DNA from: Gracilinanus agilis
Taxonomy: Eukaryota
Assembly (NCBI RefSeq): GCF_016433145.1
Contig: NC_058133.1
Span: 458,484,590-458,548,589, forward strand
Reading direction: 5' to 3'
DNA: 64,000 nucleotides
In this document: one piece after another, positions 26,366 through 39,012 of the stretch
Numbering within the stretch: the stretch's first letter is position 1
Layout: each line of letters starts with the position of its first letter
The notes under the pieces: model-generated
Database searches by the model: none
Told to the model about the DNA's origin: nothing
What the model saw: only the letters and a program-made list of their open reading frames with translations
Translations under genes and position numbers: made by a program

Positions 26366-27150
26366 GGTATTCCCCAAGGCTCTGTTCTGGGACCACTTTT
26401 CTTTTCTCTCTATACCCTCTTACTGGGTGACTTTATCGTCTCCCATGGGTTCAATTGTCTATGCAGAGAATATCTAGCCCTAAGCTCTCTTTCCTGAGCT
26501 CACCTCATCAAATATCATTGGATATTTTTAAATGCATACCTCATAGGCATTTCAAACTCAACAGCACTCACCATCTCCCTCTCCTCCCCAAGCTTACCTC
26601 CTTTTCCAAATTTTCCTGTTTCTATCAGAGGCACCTTCTATCCTTCAGAACCAGTGTTATCCTTGACTCCTGGACTTCCACATATCCAATCTTGTCATTT
26701 TGACCTCCATGCTATCTCCAGCACCCTTCCCCTTCTCTCCAGTCACATAACTAATTGCCCTAGTTCAGACCCACATCATCTCCCTCCTGGGGATTTGCAA
26801 TAACCTTCTATTTGGTCTCCCTGTTGAGTCTTCCCCGCCCATCTCTTCCCACTCCATCCACCTTCTACACAGCTACCAAAATGATTTTCCAGATGTGCAG
26901 TTGACTGTGTCATCTCTCTACTAAATTCTGGTGGCTCACTGTTGCCTCTGGGATTGCATAAAATTATTGATTGGCACTTGGAATTTTTCACAATCTGATC
27001 TCATCCAGCTTTTTACCCCCCTCTCTATATATACTCCCCAGTCCAGCCATACTGGCCTTCTGGCTATTCCTCACAGATGGTGCTCTATGAACTCTCCATC
27101 TCCCATATCCTTGCCTTTGCCTGCGCTTTCCTTCCTCATGTCTTCCTCTT
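26366..27150 (+). mobile_element. L2 fragment containing an RT motif remnant
   Basis: Translates [30 protein letters not shown], like L2 [16 protein letters not shown]. Confidence 0.8.
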
Positions 27151-27157
27151 AGCATCC

Positions 27158-27360
27158 TGTGGATTTAAAAATCAATATGCAAAATACTAAATACTATATT
27201 TATAAATATTTTATTAATAATAAACTAATAAAAGAGACTAACTAAAAGGTACTAAACAGCTTGCTCACGGGAACCGAAAAAAGAGGGAGGAGTTACAGCC
27301 AACTATAAAACAATAATGTGACCAGGCATGGGGGATGAAGTCCAAGGTTCAAAATTTCCA
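27158..27360 (-). mobile_element. Probable short solo-LTR fragment
   Basis: TGT at the left end; AATAAA on the minus strand. The 5' part resembles the element at 48220-48702. Confidence 0.35.
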
Positions 27361-28406
27361 ATCCTTAGCTTTTAGGGCAGTTAAGTGGTTCAGTGGATAG
27401 AAAACCAAGCCTGAAATTGGGAGGTCCAGGGTTCAGATCTGGCCTTGGACACTTCATAGATGTGTGACCCTAGGCAAGTCACTTAACCTCCATCCAATGC
27501 TCTCTGCCTTGTTACTAATACACAGTATTGATTCTAAGATGGAAGGTAAAGGTTTAATAATTTAAAAAAAAGAATCCCTAACTTCTTTTAAGACTAAGCT
27601 CAGGTCAGCTAAGTGGCTCAGTGGATAGAGAGCCAGGCCTGAAGTAGAGAGGACTTGCATTCAAATGTGGTCTCAAACATTTACTGGTTATGTGACCCTG
27701 GGCAAATACTTTAATCCTGTTTGCCTAGCCCGTGCCCTTCTATCTTAGAATTGTTACTAAGACAGAAAGTAAGGGTTTAAAAAATAAAGACAACTGAAAG
27801 ACCACCTTTTCTGGCCTTCTGAAACTGCCAATACTTTGCCTCTCAAGGTTACCTCTTATCTAGTTTGAAAGTGTCTTCTTTGTAAGTTCTTTGAGGACTA
27901 GGTCTGTTTTCCCCTTTGTCATTGTATCCCCAGTGCCTTGCACATAGTGTTGCTGTTCATTTGTTTTCCACTCATGTCCAACTTTTCCTGACCCCATTTG
28001 GGGTTTTCTTGGCAAAGATACTGGAGTGGTATGCCATTTCCTTTTCCTTCTCATTTTACAAGTGAGGAAACTGAGGCAAAGAAGGTAAAGTGACTTGCCC
28101 AGGGTCACACAGCAAGAAAGTATCTGAGACCAGAGTTGAACTCAGGAAGATGAGTCTCCCTGGTTCCTGGTATAGTGCTCTACGAACTATGTTGCTACCT
28201 AGCTGCCCTGGCACATAGTAATTTATTAGATGATCATTGACTGACTGGCTGATTGTTTGATAGGCACTGAGGATAGACGTGAGGGGAGAAGAGACACTAA
28301 TTTAAGGAACTTGCAGGAGGAGGAGGTCAATAGACAGGAGGCAGGATCTTTGGTGCATTCATAGCTCCCTGCTCTGGGGAATGACTCCTTTTAATCATGT
28401 CTTCAG

Positions 28407-28512
28407 GTGGATTTAAATCGTGGCAACAATGTTCTGTATTGGAGAACCACAGCCTTCTCGGTCTGGTCCAAAATTCCTAAACCTGTGCTGGTGAGGAATA
28501 TCGCCATTACAG
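28407..28512 (+). CDS. ELAPOR1: ELAPOR1 exon 6 (106 nt): [35 protein letters not shown](G)
   Basis: tcttcag acceptor; gtacaa donor; followed by a 100-nt intron. Confidence 0.95.
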
Positions 28513-28612
28513 GTACAAAACAGGGCGGGGGGTTCCCATTCAAACCTTCTGTTGGCTGCCTGGCCTCAGGCTGAGCCCAATTCTCAGCTCAAACTATGTT
28601 CTTTCTCCACAG

Positions 28613-28762
28613 GGGTTGCCTACACTTCAGAATGCTTTCCCTGCAAACCTGGTACCTATGCTGCCAAGGAAGGCCTCTCTGCCTGCAAGCTCTGCCCAGC
28701 AAACTCTTACTCTAATAAGGGGGAAACTTCCTGCCACAAGTGTGACCCGGACAAATACTCAG
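28613..28762 (+). CDS. ELAPOR1: ELAPOR1 exon 7 (150 nt): [49 protein letters not shown]
   Basis: ctttctccacag acceptor; gtgatg donor; lies within ORF 28552..28782. Confidence 0.96.
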
Positions 28763-29429
28763 GTGATGTTTCTAAAGACTAAGGGAGTTGGAGGTACTGC
28801 CAGCACACCTTGGAGAGAGGAAAATGGCCATCCTCTCTGCTGGACTTTTAAATAGTCACTTTCCCAGCAGGTTATGATAGTTTCCAATGTCCCGATGAGA
28901 TTATATCTAGGATGAGTCTTCTAAATTGAAAAGTGCTTTTCATTGAAAGTTTCAATGATTATGCCCTACTAAATGTCTCTGAAAAAAAATAAAGCCCAAA
29001 TCCATTCCTATCCTTTGAAAGAAAAGGGAATGGATAGCCGGGTAGCATAGGGGATAGAGTGCCAGACCTGGAGTTAGGGGTGGAGTGGGAAGGCAAGATT
29101 TGGTTTTAAATTTGGCCTCAAACTTTTCCTAACTTGTGTGACCTTGGGCAAGTCACTTAAGCTCAATTGCCTAATCCTTGCTCCTCTTCTGTCTTAGAAT
29201 TGATACTAAGACAATAGGTAGGGGGAAGCTTAGGTGGCTCAGTGGATAGAAAGTAAGGCCCAGAGATAGATCTTGGGTTCAAATGTGACCTCAGACATTT
29301 TCTAGCTCTGGGACCTTAGGCAAGTCACTTAACCCTCATTGCCTATTCCTTGCCACTCTTCTGCCTTAGATCCAATATACTATAGTATTGATTCTAAGAT
29401 GGAAGGTAAAGGTTTTTAAAAATAGATAG

Positions 29430-30297
29430 AAGGTAAAGGGGAAGGAAGGAAGAGAGAGAAAGGAAGGAAGAGAGAAAGAAGTATAAAGAAAGAAAGAGGG
29501 AAAGAAGTATAAAGAAAGAGAAAAAGAAATGAATGAAGGAAAGAGACAGAAAGAGAAAGAAAGGAAAGAAGGAAGGAAGAAGGAAAGAAGAGGGAAGGAA
29601 GAGAGAAAAAGAAAGGAAGAAAGAAAGAGGGAAGGAAGAGAAAAAGAAGAGAAAGAAAGGAGGTGAGAAAGAAAAAAGAAAGGAAAGAGAGAAATAAAGG
29701 AGGGAAGAAAGAGAGAAAAAGGAAAGAAAGAGAAAGGAAGGAAGGNNNNNNNNNNNNNNNNNNNNNNNNNNNNNNNNNNNNNNNNNNNNNNNNNNNNNNN
29801 NNNNNNNNNNNNNNNNNNNNNNNNNNNNNNNNNNNNNNNNNNNNNNNNNNNNNNNNNNNNNNNNNNNNNNNNNNNNNNNNNNNNNNNNNNNNNNNNNNNN
29901 NNNNNNNNNNNNNNNNNNNNNNNNNNNNNNNNNNNNNNNNNNNNNNNNNNNNNNNNNNNNNNNNNNNNNNNNNNNNNNNNNNNNNNNNNNNNNNNNNNNN
30001 NNNNNNNNNNNNNNNNNNNNNNNNNNNNNNNNNNNNNNNNNNNNNNNNNNNNNNNNNNNNNNNNNNNNNNNNNNNNNNNNNNNNNAAAGAGGGAAGGAAG
30101 AGAGAAAAAGAACGGAAAAGAGAAAAGAGGGAAGGAAGAGAGAAAAAGAAAGGAAAAGAGAGAGAAAGGAGGGAAGGAAGAGAAAAAGAAAGAGAGAGAA
30201 AGGAGGGAAGGAAGAGAAAAAGGAAAGAGTGAGAAAGGAGGGAAGGAAGAGAGAAAAAGAAAGGAAGGGAGGGAAAGAAAGAGAGAGAGAGAGACTT
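29430..30297. repeat. Long polypurine (GA-rich) degenerate tandem repeat spanning a gap
   Basis: Almost pure A/G with recurring gagggaaggaagagagaaaaagaaag units; N 29746-30085. Confidence 0.95.
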
Positions 30298-33200
30298 AGA
30301 AATGGCTTCTTTCTGTGAACCCCTGATAACTCTTCCTCCCTTGCCTTCAACTTGAGAAACATTGCCCGGAGGGGAGGAAAATTAATCAGTTCTATCCAGT
30401 ACAGCCAGTGTTCAGGATAGTCCCTTTAGTGGGAAGGAGGGGAGGGACAAAGGACTAGCATCTGACACAGAGGAGAGAAAAGGGTTTCTAATGCCCATCA
30501 GCTCTCTATTCAGGCCTGGTCTCCACAGTCTGCAAGACCTGAAATACATTGATCTGAGTGGAAATGGGTAGAGTGAGCCCCCTCCCCCACCACACTCATC
30601 CCTGCTGGCTTCAGACCCAGCAAACACACAGAATTGTAATCTCAGAGGCTCTCTCAAGCGCCCCCCACATTCACCTACAAATCCATATTCCCAAATCCCC
30701 CATTAGGGTGTTTGCTCAGTTAAGATTAGAAACTGGCCGGACTAGGCATCGTTTAGTTCCTCGCTGTTGATAAAATGAAAGTATTATTCATTATCGAGGG
30801 CTTTGCCAGCTTAGTGTAACTTTAGGCAAGAACAGGAATGTTTAGGTCTGGCAAACAGTTTTCTCTGTATGTCTAAATTCCTGTTTTTCCACTTGGATTT
30901 CTCATTCTGTTTCCTCCTGTGCCTCATCAATGGCAGCCTTTGTGGTCGCCTGTCCCAGGCTCCCCTCTTAAGCCCACCAATTGTGCACTGGTTTGAATGA
31001 TGAGGGTCTGTTTTGATGATGTAAATCAGTTTGCAGCCTTGGGACTCTGGGCTTGTGAGTTGGTCTGAGAATTAGGATTTTGTGATTTCATTCTTCTGCC
31101 ACCAACGGAGAAGTCAGCTCTCCAGTGTAAATCTTTTGAATGGGAATTGGATTTTTTCAGTCTGTTTGGTTTTGTGGAGTACTGTGGTTAGCACTTTAGC
31201 TTGGAGTCCTTCATAATAGACAGAAGCAGCAGAATGGGGAGAGGGGGAAGGGATAAGTATTTATATAGGGCCTGCCATGTGCCATTTGATCCTCAGAACA
31301 TCCCTGTGAAATATTATTCCCCAATTACAATTAAGGAAACCAAAGCAGACCAAAGTACGCTGTCTTGCCTAAAGGTTCCATAGCCAATAAGTGTTTGGGG
31401 CAGAATTTGAACTTGGGTCCTCTTGCCTCCAGGTCCAGTGCTCTATCCACTGAGTTAAATCATCAGTGATTGACTAAATTTAGAGCACTAGACCTAGTTG
31501 AAAAGAAAAAAAAAACAATGGACTTGAAGCCAAAAGAGCTGGGCTCCAATCCCAGATCTTCCGCTTAGCCATGGATGAACCCTTCTGAGCTTATTGCCTC
31601 ATCTGTAAAATGAGGAGGTTGGATGAGATGACCTTTAAGCTCACTTCTGGCTGTAACCCTTTACTCTTTGATTCTAATTTTTATTGCTTTGGTTATTTTC
31701 AACTGAGAAATGCTAAATGTTCTTTGAATCAAGTAGAGCCCAGTTGGTCAAAAGCCTACTTCATTATGAAACATTTCCAAGTCCCTTCAACTGCTAGTGT
31801 CCTCCTCTCCCATCAAAAACAATTGTGTATAGGGGCAGCTAGGGTAGTATGGCTCAGTGGATAGAGAGCCAGGTCAGGAGGACCTGGGTTCAAATTAGAT
31901 CACAGATAATTCATGACTGTATGACTGAGGAGGCCACTTAGCCCCATTTGCCTAACCCTTACAGCTCTTTTGCCTTGGAACAGATACTTAGTTTTGATTC
32001 TAAGACAGGGGGTAAGGGTCTGTTTGTTTTCATTACTAGGTATCTATTTTGTATTTACTTTCTGTGTCTCCCCACACAGAATGTAAGCATCCTAAAGGAA
32101 GGAAATGTTTCACTTTTGTCTTTGTATCCCTAGCACCTAGCACAATGCCCATCATGTCATGTGGTAGGCTATTATTAAATGCTCATTGATTAATTAATAG
32201 AATGTAAACTCCTTGAAGACCAGGACTGTTTTTTCCCCTTTGGCTTCTTTTTGTCTTTGTATCCCCCAGTGCCCAAAACAAAGTAGATGCCTAGTAAGTG
32301 TTTGCAGAATTGAATTGGTGAAATATAGGCATAGCCGAGGATCGCTATAAACTAGGAGATTCACACTTAGTGAATTCCTTAATCCTTATCACATATATGC
32401 ATTTTATGAAGACTAAGATGAAGGTCCCGGGAGATTTGACTTTTCCAAGGATGCTGAGCCAGCATCAGGATTGATTAAATAGCTCAAGGATACATCATTC
32501 TCAACCAGTGGTGAATCAGTCTGATCTTTCATATAGGCACAGCCTTTGTTGACCTACCTGTTAGAATTTGGGGAGGAAGGATAGCAAAAGATCATTTGAT
32601 CAAACTAATTCTCTTGACAAATGCCTGAAATTCTACTATTTGTAATTCATTACTTTGCATTGAGCAGTGCCTTGCCTACACCACTGGGATGCAGCTCCCT
32701 AAAATCTTAGGGCTAATGAGTTTGTTGGCATTTTTGCTTTGCTTTGGTGGCATGCCTAGAGGCACTTTAAAAGAGAGGAGGGACTGTGGGAAAAGGAGGA
32801 AATGGTTCAGAAAGGGGAATGAAGAGTAAAAAGCAAACTCTTCAGTGTTTTGCCCAAGGCCAGCACTGTTCAAATGGTTTTCTTTTTCCTTAATAAACAC
32901 CATATCCAGTCTCTCTTTCTCCTTTTTAAAAATTGGTGGCACCCAGTTTAAGTGCCTGGCTAAGACCTCCTGATCAGGGAAATCGAGTGTTGCCACGACA
33001 TTTGGGTTAATCATTGATTAAACCAGACAGTTAATCAGCAGCTGCAGCATTTCTATGAAGCCAGGAGTGAAGCTGTCACACAGAGCAAATATTTGCCAAC
33101 CCCAAGAAAGTCCTCCTTGTTATGCAGATGTTATTTTTCAGCAGGTAACCAGGTGGTTTGTTTGGTCCAACACTCAGAAAAAGGGAGGAAAAAAACAAAT

Positions 33201-33940
33201 CCTAACCCTCTAAGGTCCTGGGAAAGAGTTCATTTTCAAAATCTTCCCCAATCCTTCTTGAATGAAATCAGCCAAATTCAAGAGATTCAGGATCCATTAG
33301 CCTTGTTGCTTAAGAGGGCCTCTAGCTTGTTAATCTAGTTAATGAGCTGAGAAGGCACCAGCTGCTTCTCTGCCATTAATTCCACCCTGCCTGTGCTAAT
33401 AAGACTGGAGCATAGGAGTGCTGGGAAATTAGCTATTTGAGGGAAGCCCCCAAAATCTGCAGTCAGAAGAGCTCACATCTTACAGTCTTTGGAGATATGG
33501 GAAAATGATGAGGTTAGAATAGCATTTGGGAAACAGCTCTTTTCCTGGGATCATGAGAGGGGAGATATTTTGCCATTTGCATTAATCAAACAATCTGATC
33601 ATTTATTGTATTTTAGGCATTGTACTGATTGCTGGGGACACAAGGAAAAGGGAAAACAGCTCTGGCTCTCAAGGGGCTTAGATTGTAAAAGGGGGTAGGT
33701 AGAAGGTGATACATTCAATCAACTTTTATTAAATACCTATGGGGCAGCTAGGCCTGGAAATGGGAGATCCTGGGTTCAAATATGACCTCTGACACTTCCT
33801 AGCTGTGTGACCCTGGGCAAGTCACTCAACCCCAATTGTCTTAGCCATTATCTTTCTTTTGTCTTAGAAATGATACTAAGAAAGAAGGGAGGTTATTTTT
33901 CTGGCACTGTGCTAAGTGCTGGAGATAAAAATATGAAAAA

Positions 33941-34099
33941 GACCCTGGGCAAGTCACTTGACCCCCCATTGCCCACCCTTACCACTCTTCCACCTAGGAG
34001 CCAATACACAGAAGTTAAGGGTTAAAAAAAAAAAAAAGAACCTACCAAAATGGAAGAAAAAGTTTCAGCACTCCTAGGTAAGCTCATTTAAAAAAAAAA
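33941..34099 (+). mobile_element. 5'-truncated SINE1_Mdo-like copy with 52 nt of extra 3' sequence and a second A-tail
   Basis: TSD aaaaatatgaaaaagac at 33927 and 34095. Confidence 0.8.
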
Positions 34100-36338
34100 T
34101 ATGAAAAAGACAATCCCTGCCCTCAAGGAGTTTACAATCTATCTAATGGGGGAAGATAACACACAAAAGGAAGCCGAAAAAAAATCTATAAAGCTGGTGG
34201 AAAAGAGTTGGTGGCTGAGGTGGGAAAGATACTCTAAATGGTAGAGAATTCAGAAAAGTCTCAAGGAAGGTACAACCAGTTGAGAAATGAAGTTAGCTGA
34301 GTTCTGCTCCTTAACCAGAGGTTTGGAGTTCATGGCTCTAGCTTCCTATCAGAGAGGCAGAGGGCAGTGAGAAGGTGAAGTCTCATCTACAGCTTATGAA
34401 ATCTTACAAGAAAATATGTACATGGACAACTATAGAGTGGCAGGCCTGGAGTCAGGAGGATCTAGTTTCAAATCTGGCCTCAGACACTTTCTAACTCTGA
34501 GACTCTGGGCAAGTCACTTAACCCTGATTTGACTAGCCCTTGCTACTCTTTTCTCTTAGAACTATTACTAAGACAAAAGATAAGGGGTTCAAAAAGAAAA
34601 AAGAAAGCATGTATGTAAGGAGGTAGATACAAGATGCCTATGTTGTAGATAGAAGATAGCCTTAGAAATGAAGGCATTAGAAGCTGGGAAGTCCAGGAAA
34701 GGGCTCCTGCAAGAAAATGAGTCTTGAAGGAAGCCAAGGATTTAGTGAACTCTGCCAAGTAAGAATAAACCCAGGTAACTAGTACAGTATCATAAGCATT
34801 TGTTAGATGCCTTTGCAATATGAGTAATATGGAAATAGATTTGAACAAGGATACCCAGTGGAATTGCTTGTCAACTCTGGGAGTGGGGAGGAAAGAGGGG
34901 TGGGAAAAATCATGAATCATATAACCATGGGAAAATAGTCTAAATAACTAATTAAAAATAAATACATAAAAAGACACAAAAATAAACATAAACATGAAAA
35001 TAAAGGCACACCGAAGCAATCTATGCCTTTTAAGGTCTAAGAACTAGAAACAGATTTGGATGGATAGCAAGCATGCCATACATGAACATAGGACATGATA
35101 GATAATGAAATTTTCAAGCCAAGTGTCAAAAGCAGCCCAAGGCTGGTGGAAGTGAGAGACAGAAGAGTTTTAGTCTAAATCCAAGTGGGGTTGGACGTTA
35201 TCATCTCTCTTCTGATTAGTTTGGGAAGATTGCATGAAAGAAAGGAAAAAGCTGCTTTGCTAATAATGGAAGAGAGGCTATTTGCTGACTTGGAGGGAGA
35301 AGGCACCCCTGGTCATATTTTGAGAGCTGAAACAGACCTTAAAGTCTCTTTAGTTTAACCCTCTCATTTTACCAAAGCTCAGTGGCTCAGTATAGTACTG
35401 TTATCCCTTCCACATCTCTGGGGTTAGGAGTATGATGCTCCCACCATTTGGAAAAGCTCAGTAAAATGTTTTGGCCCTCCCTTTGTATTAAAGAAGAAGT
35501 CTGAACTTTTTCGTTTTCTTTTATGGAGCGTTTACAGTACCTTGTTATACATTTTGGCTTACATATACATTTCTAAGTTTCTTAATGTTTTCTGTGTTGT
35601 TTGCTGGCCTTCATGTAGGGTCTGTGGCTTCCACAAAAAAATTCCCATTTAATTTCTTTTGCTAACCCATGATACATCAAAACAATAATAGGGGAAATAG
35701 AGATATGGAAGGGACAACTGTATCTATGGGAGGAAGTCCATAGGCAGAAGTCAGCATTTTTCTTCAACCATGGTGTGAGTCAAGGGCACTGAGCCCAGGC
35801 AGGGGTTATTAGAAGCCTAGAGAAAAGTACTGCACAGATCAGGTAGGAGAAAAAGCCTGGACCAATTTGGAGCCAGTCCTTTTGACCAGCCTATTCTTTG
35901 ACTCTCAGTTCCACCCCCCAATTTCCGTACCTACCTTTCTCAGTGATTGAGAGTCATTCAAATGATCCCAGATCTATAGTTGAAGGGCACCTTAGAGGTC
36001 CCTGAGCCCAATACCATCTTTTTTGGACAAGGAAACAGTACCTAGCAGACAGGTGACTTACCCAGGGTCAGCTAGGTAGTAATGGCACGATTGGTCTCCC
36101 AATCCAGATCTGATTTCAAGTCCATTGTTCTTTCCATTCTTCAGGGCTTTGTTACAGGCTAGTAATAAGAGAATCGGGTGCCATTACCTGACTCTGCCTA
36201 GGCTTTAGCAGGGATGCAGGGATGCAGGTTCACAACCACCCCTGGGCAGATGAAATGTTTGCTCTCACAAGCCAGGTAAGAAAGTCTTCTGAATTCCTAA
36301 CACAAGCTATGGCGTTTTCCTCTGCTTTTGGTTTGTAG

Positions 36339-36427
36339 AACAAGGATCCTCTTCTTGTAAGCTGCGTCCAGCTTGCACTGACAAAGATTATTTCTACACG
36401 CACACAGCCTGTGATGCCAATGGAGAG
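36339..36427 (+). CDS. ELAPOR1: ELAPOR1 exon 8 (89 nt): (E)[29 protein letters not shown]
   Basis: tttggtttgtag acceptor; gtaggt donor; phase 1 to 0. Confidence 0.95.
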
Positions 36428-37356
36428 GTAGGTACTGTGATCCCAAAGCTTATGTGTGCTCCCCGGGCAGCTCGCTACCAGTTTGGAGGTGCCTAGAAGG
36501 ACCAGCAGTACTGAGTAGTCCCCCAAGGGCATCCCTGGCAAGATCCTAGGGCAGATGGGAAAGTCAAGCGAGATGACAGATGTCTCAGTAAGTAGGGGAA
36601 AAGGTCCTTTTGGGTCTCATCATCTTGGGGTCAGGAGCTGTTTTTGTTTGGATCATTTCCCCTGCTAGTTGAAGTCATCTGCTTGGCTTGTCTCTGTAAT
36701 CATTGACTGAGGGGCGATTGAACATAGCCTCTCTACCCCCCACCTCAACTTTGGTGCAGCCCTTGGATGAATTTCCTTTCAGAGGAAATCTCTCGCCCTG
36801 GTGCTCTATCAGCTCTTTTTTCATTTAATGGAAGGCTTATGATTCATTCAACTTGCTTCAGGGGGTGATGCTTCAATTCTGGGAGTATAATTGGGGGGAG
36901 TGTGGGTATGTTTCTGTGCCTGTCCCCAAACCTCAATGTGTCCAAAAGAAAATGAATAGTTTTCCTTTGCAGCTTGTCTTGACTTTCTGGTAGGTCACAT
37001 TTAGAAGTAGATGGAACCCCAGAACTTATCTAATCTAATTTCTTCCTTGTACATATTTGACAACTGAGGCCCAGAAAAATCAAGTGAACTGCCCCATGGG
37101 TACACAGGTAGTAAAAGGCAGAGGCAGGATTTGAACCCAGGGTTCTGACTCCCAGTTCAAATATACTTTCCACTGCACCCATGGCATAGAGGCAGTTTTC
37201 TAGATCACACAGAGAAATGGACTTTGGATCCAGTACTCAGGTTTGAGGAGCAGCCCTGACATTTACCAGTTGTGTGAAAATGATTACTTCTCCTAGAGTC
37301 AGGAAGATTCATCTTCCTGAGTTTAAATCCTGTCCCAGACACTTGGTAGCTGTGTG

Positions 37357-37422
37357 GAAGGAAGAAGGAAGGAAGGAAGGAAGGAAGGAAGGAAGGAAGG
37401 AAGGAAGGAAGGAAGGAAGGAA
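37357..37422. repeat. (GGAA)n microsatellite
   Basis: Direct reading. Confidence 0.93.
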
Positions 37423-38241
37423 GGCAAAGGGCAGTTCCCATAACATCTCTAAGAATCAGATTCCTCATCTATAAAATGGGAATGATATTGCCTATAAATC
37501 CCTAGAAGCCTAGGGTATAAGGAGGCCCAGCTTAAGTAATATATATACAAAGTGTTTTGCAAAATTTAAATGGTTATAGGTCTGTACACATTATAGTGAA
37601 TTTTTTTAAACCCTTAACTTACGTGTATTGGCTCATAGGTGGAAGAGTGGCAAGGGTGGGCAATGAGGGTCAAGTGACTTGTCCAGGGTCACCCAGCTGG
37701 GAAGTGTCTGAGGCCAGATTTGAACCTAGGACCTCCTGTCTCTAGGCCTGGCTCTTAATCCACTGAGCTACCCAGCTACCCCTCATAATAGTGAATTTAA
37801 GAAGACTTACCTACCCATCCATGACTATAGGGATTTTTCCCTACTCTGAAGGCAAGGAAGTCTGGGTTTGTAATTTGGCAGTCACCCCCTGAAAGTTTAA
37901 ACATGAGGAGAAGTTGGGCAGAGATTCATACCACTAATTAATTTCAATAGATCCAAAATGAATGCAAAATATAACTTGGCTAGTAAATTCTATCATGGGC
38001 TGTTAAGTGGAACAGTGGGTGAAATACCAGGCCTAGAGTCAGGAAGACTTGAGTTCAAATCTGAATTCAGACACTTCCTAGCCGGTGACCCTGGGCAAGT
38101 CACTTGCATCCTGTTTGCCTCAGTTTCCTCATCTATAAAATAAGCTGGAAAAAGAAATGGCAACTCTACTATATCTCTGCCAAGAAAATCCCAAATGGAG
38201 TCAGGAAGAGTTGGACACAACTCAAAAAACAACATTATTAG

Positions 38242-39012
38242 CAGTGCTAGCACTGGTGCAATATTATATCTTCTTGATTTTCTCTTTAGTTTTACAATAA
38301 TTGGAAAAGAATTCATTTCAGTTTTAAAGATATTATTTAAAGACTGCAACATTTCACATGTAAAATAAATTGCTTTTACTAAGAAAAAAATATTGCACCT
38401 TGTCATTTGTGCACTGTTTCACTGTTTTAAATTTTAAACACAAATACAAATTCTAAGTGGTCATAGAGAATGACAGAATTGAAGCACCCCAAACTCTCTT
38501 TTTTTGTCTTTAAAATATAATTTGAAATAAGTGCAGAACAATTTTAAAAAGACCACCAATGTGAATGGCACCAAAAAATACCATCTGCATAAAGTAGTAA
38601 CTGGAGTTTCTGATCACGGAAACAGGAATCGCCAGGAGACATTATTCTTTTGAAATCTACTGCTTAAATGCAGGAATATGTAGGACCCCAGGGGTTGGAG
38701 GCACAAACTGTTCCTGAATCGGGCTCAAACAGTTTGGAACTGTTATGCACTTAATCTTGAATGGAGGCTTATAACCCATCCTCAGCATGTCAGGGCCAAC
38801 TGCCATCATGCAGAAATTGTTCAAATACAAAATGTTTTTTTAGGGAGAGGAGTAGTTTATTGCTGACGTTGTATAGAATTGTTGGCACATACTGGTGATA
38901 AAAAGAAGACGGTTAGTTTTATTGTTGTTTTTACATCAACTACGGATAATTTTACCCCCTTATTGTCTATACTTGGGGCAGACAGTTCTTGTCATCCCAC
39001 CCTTGGTACAGT
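38242..39012 (-). mobile_element. Arthur1-like non-autonomous hAT-Tip100 DNA transposon (ancient)
   Basis: The minus strand reads gtaccaagggtggg...caataaggggg...aaaaacaacaataaaac and cttcaattctgtcattctctatgaccac, colinear with the Arthur1 consensus as I recall it. Left end cagtgctagcactggtgcaatatt is TIR-like. Confidence 0.65.

Noticed and set aside
29394-30362. Long ORFs of 322 aa (-) and 189 aa (+)
   Set aside because: Artefacts of the GA-rich repeat and N-gap; low-complexity F/L/S or K/E/R
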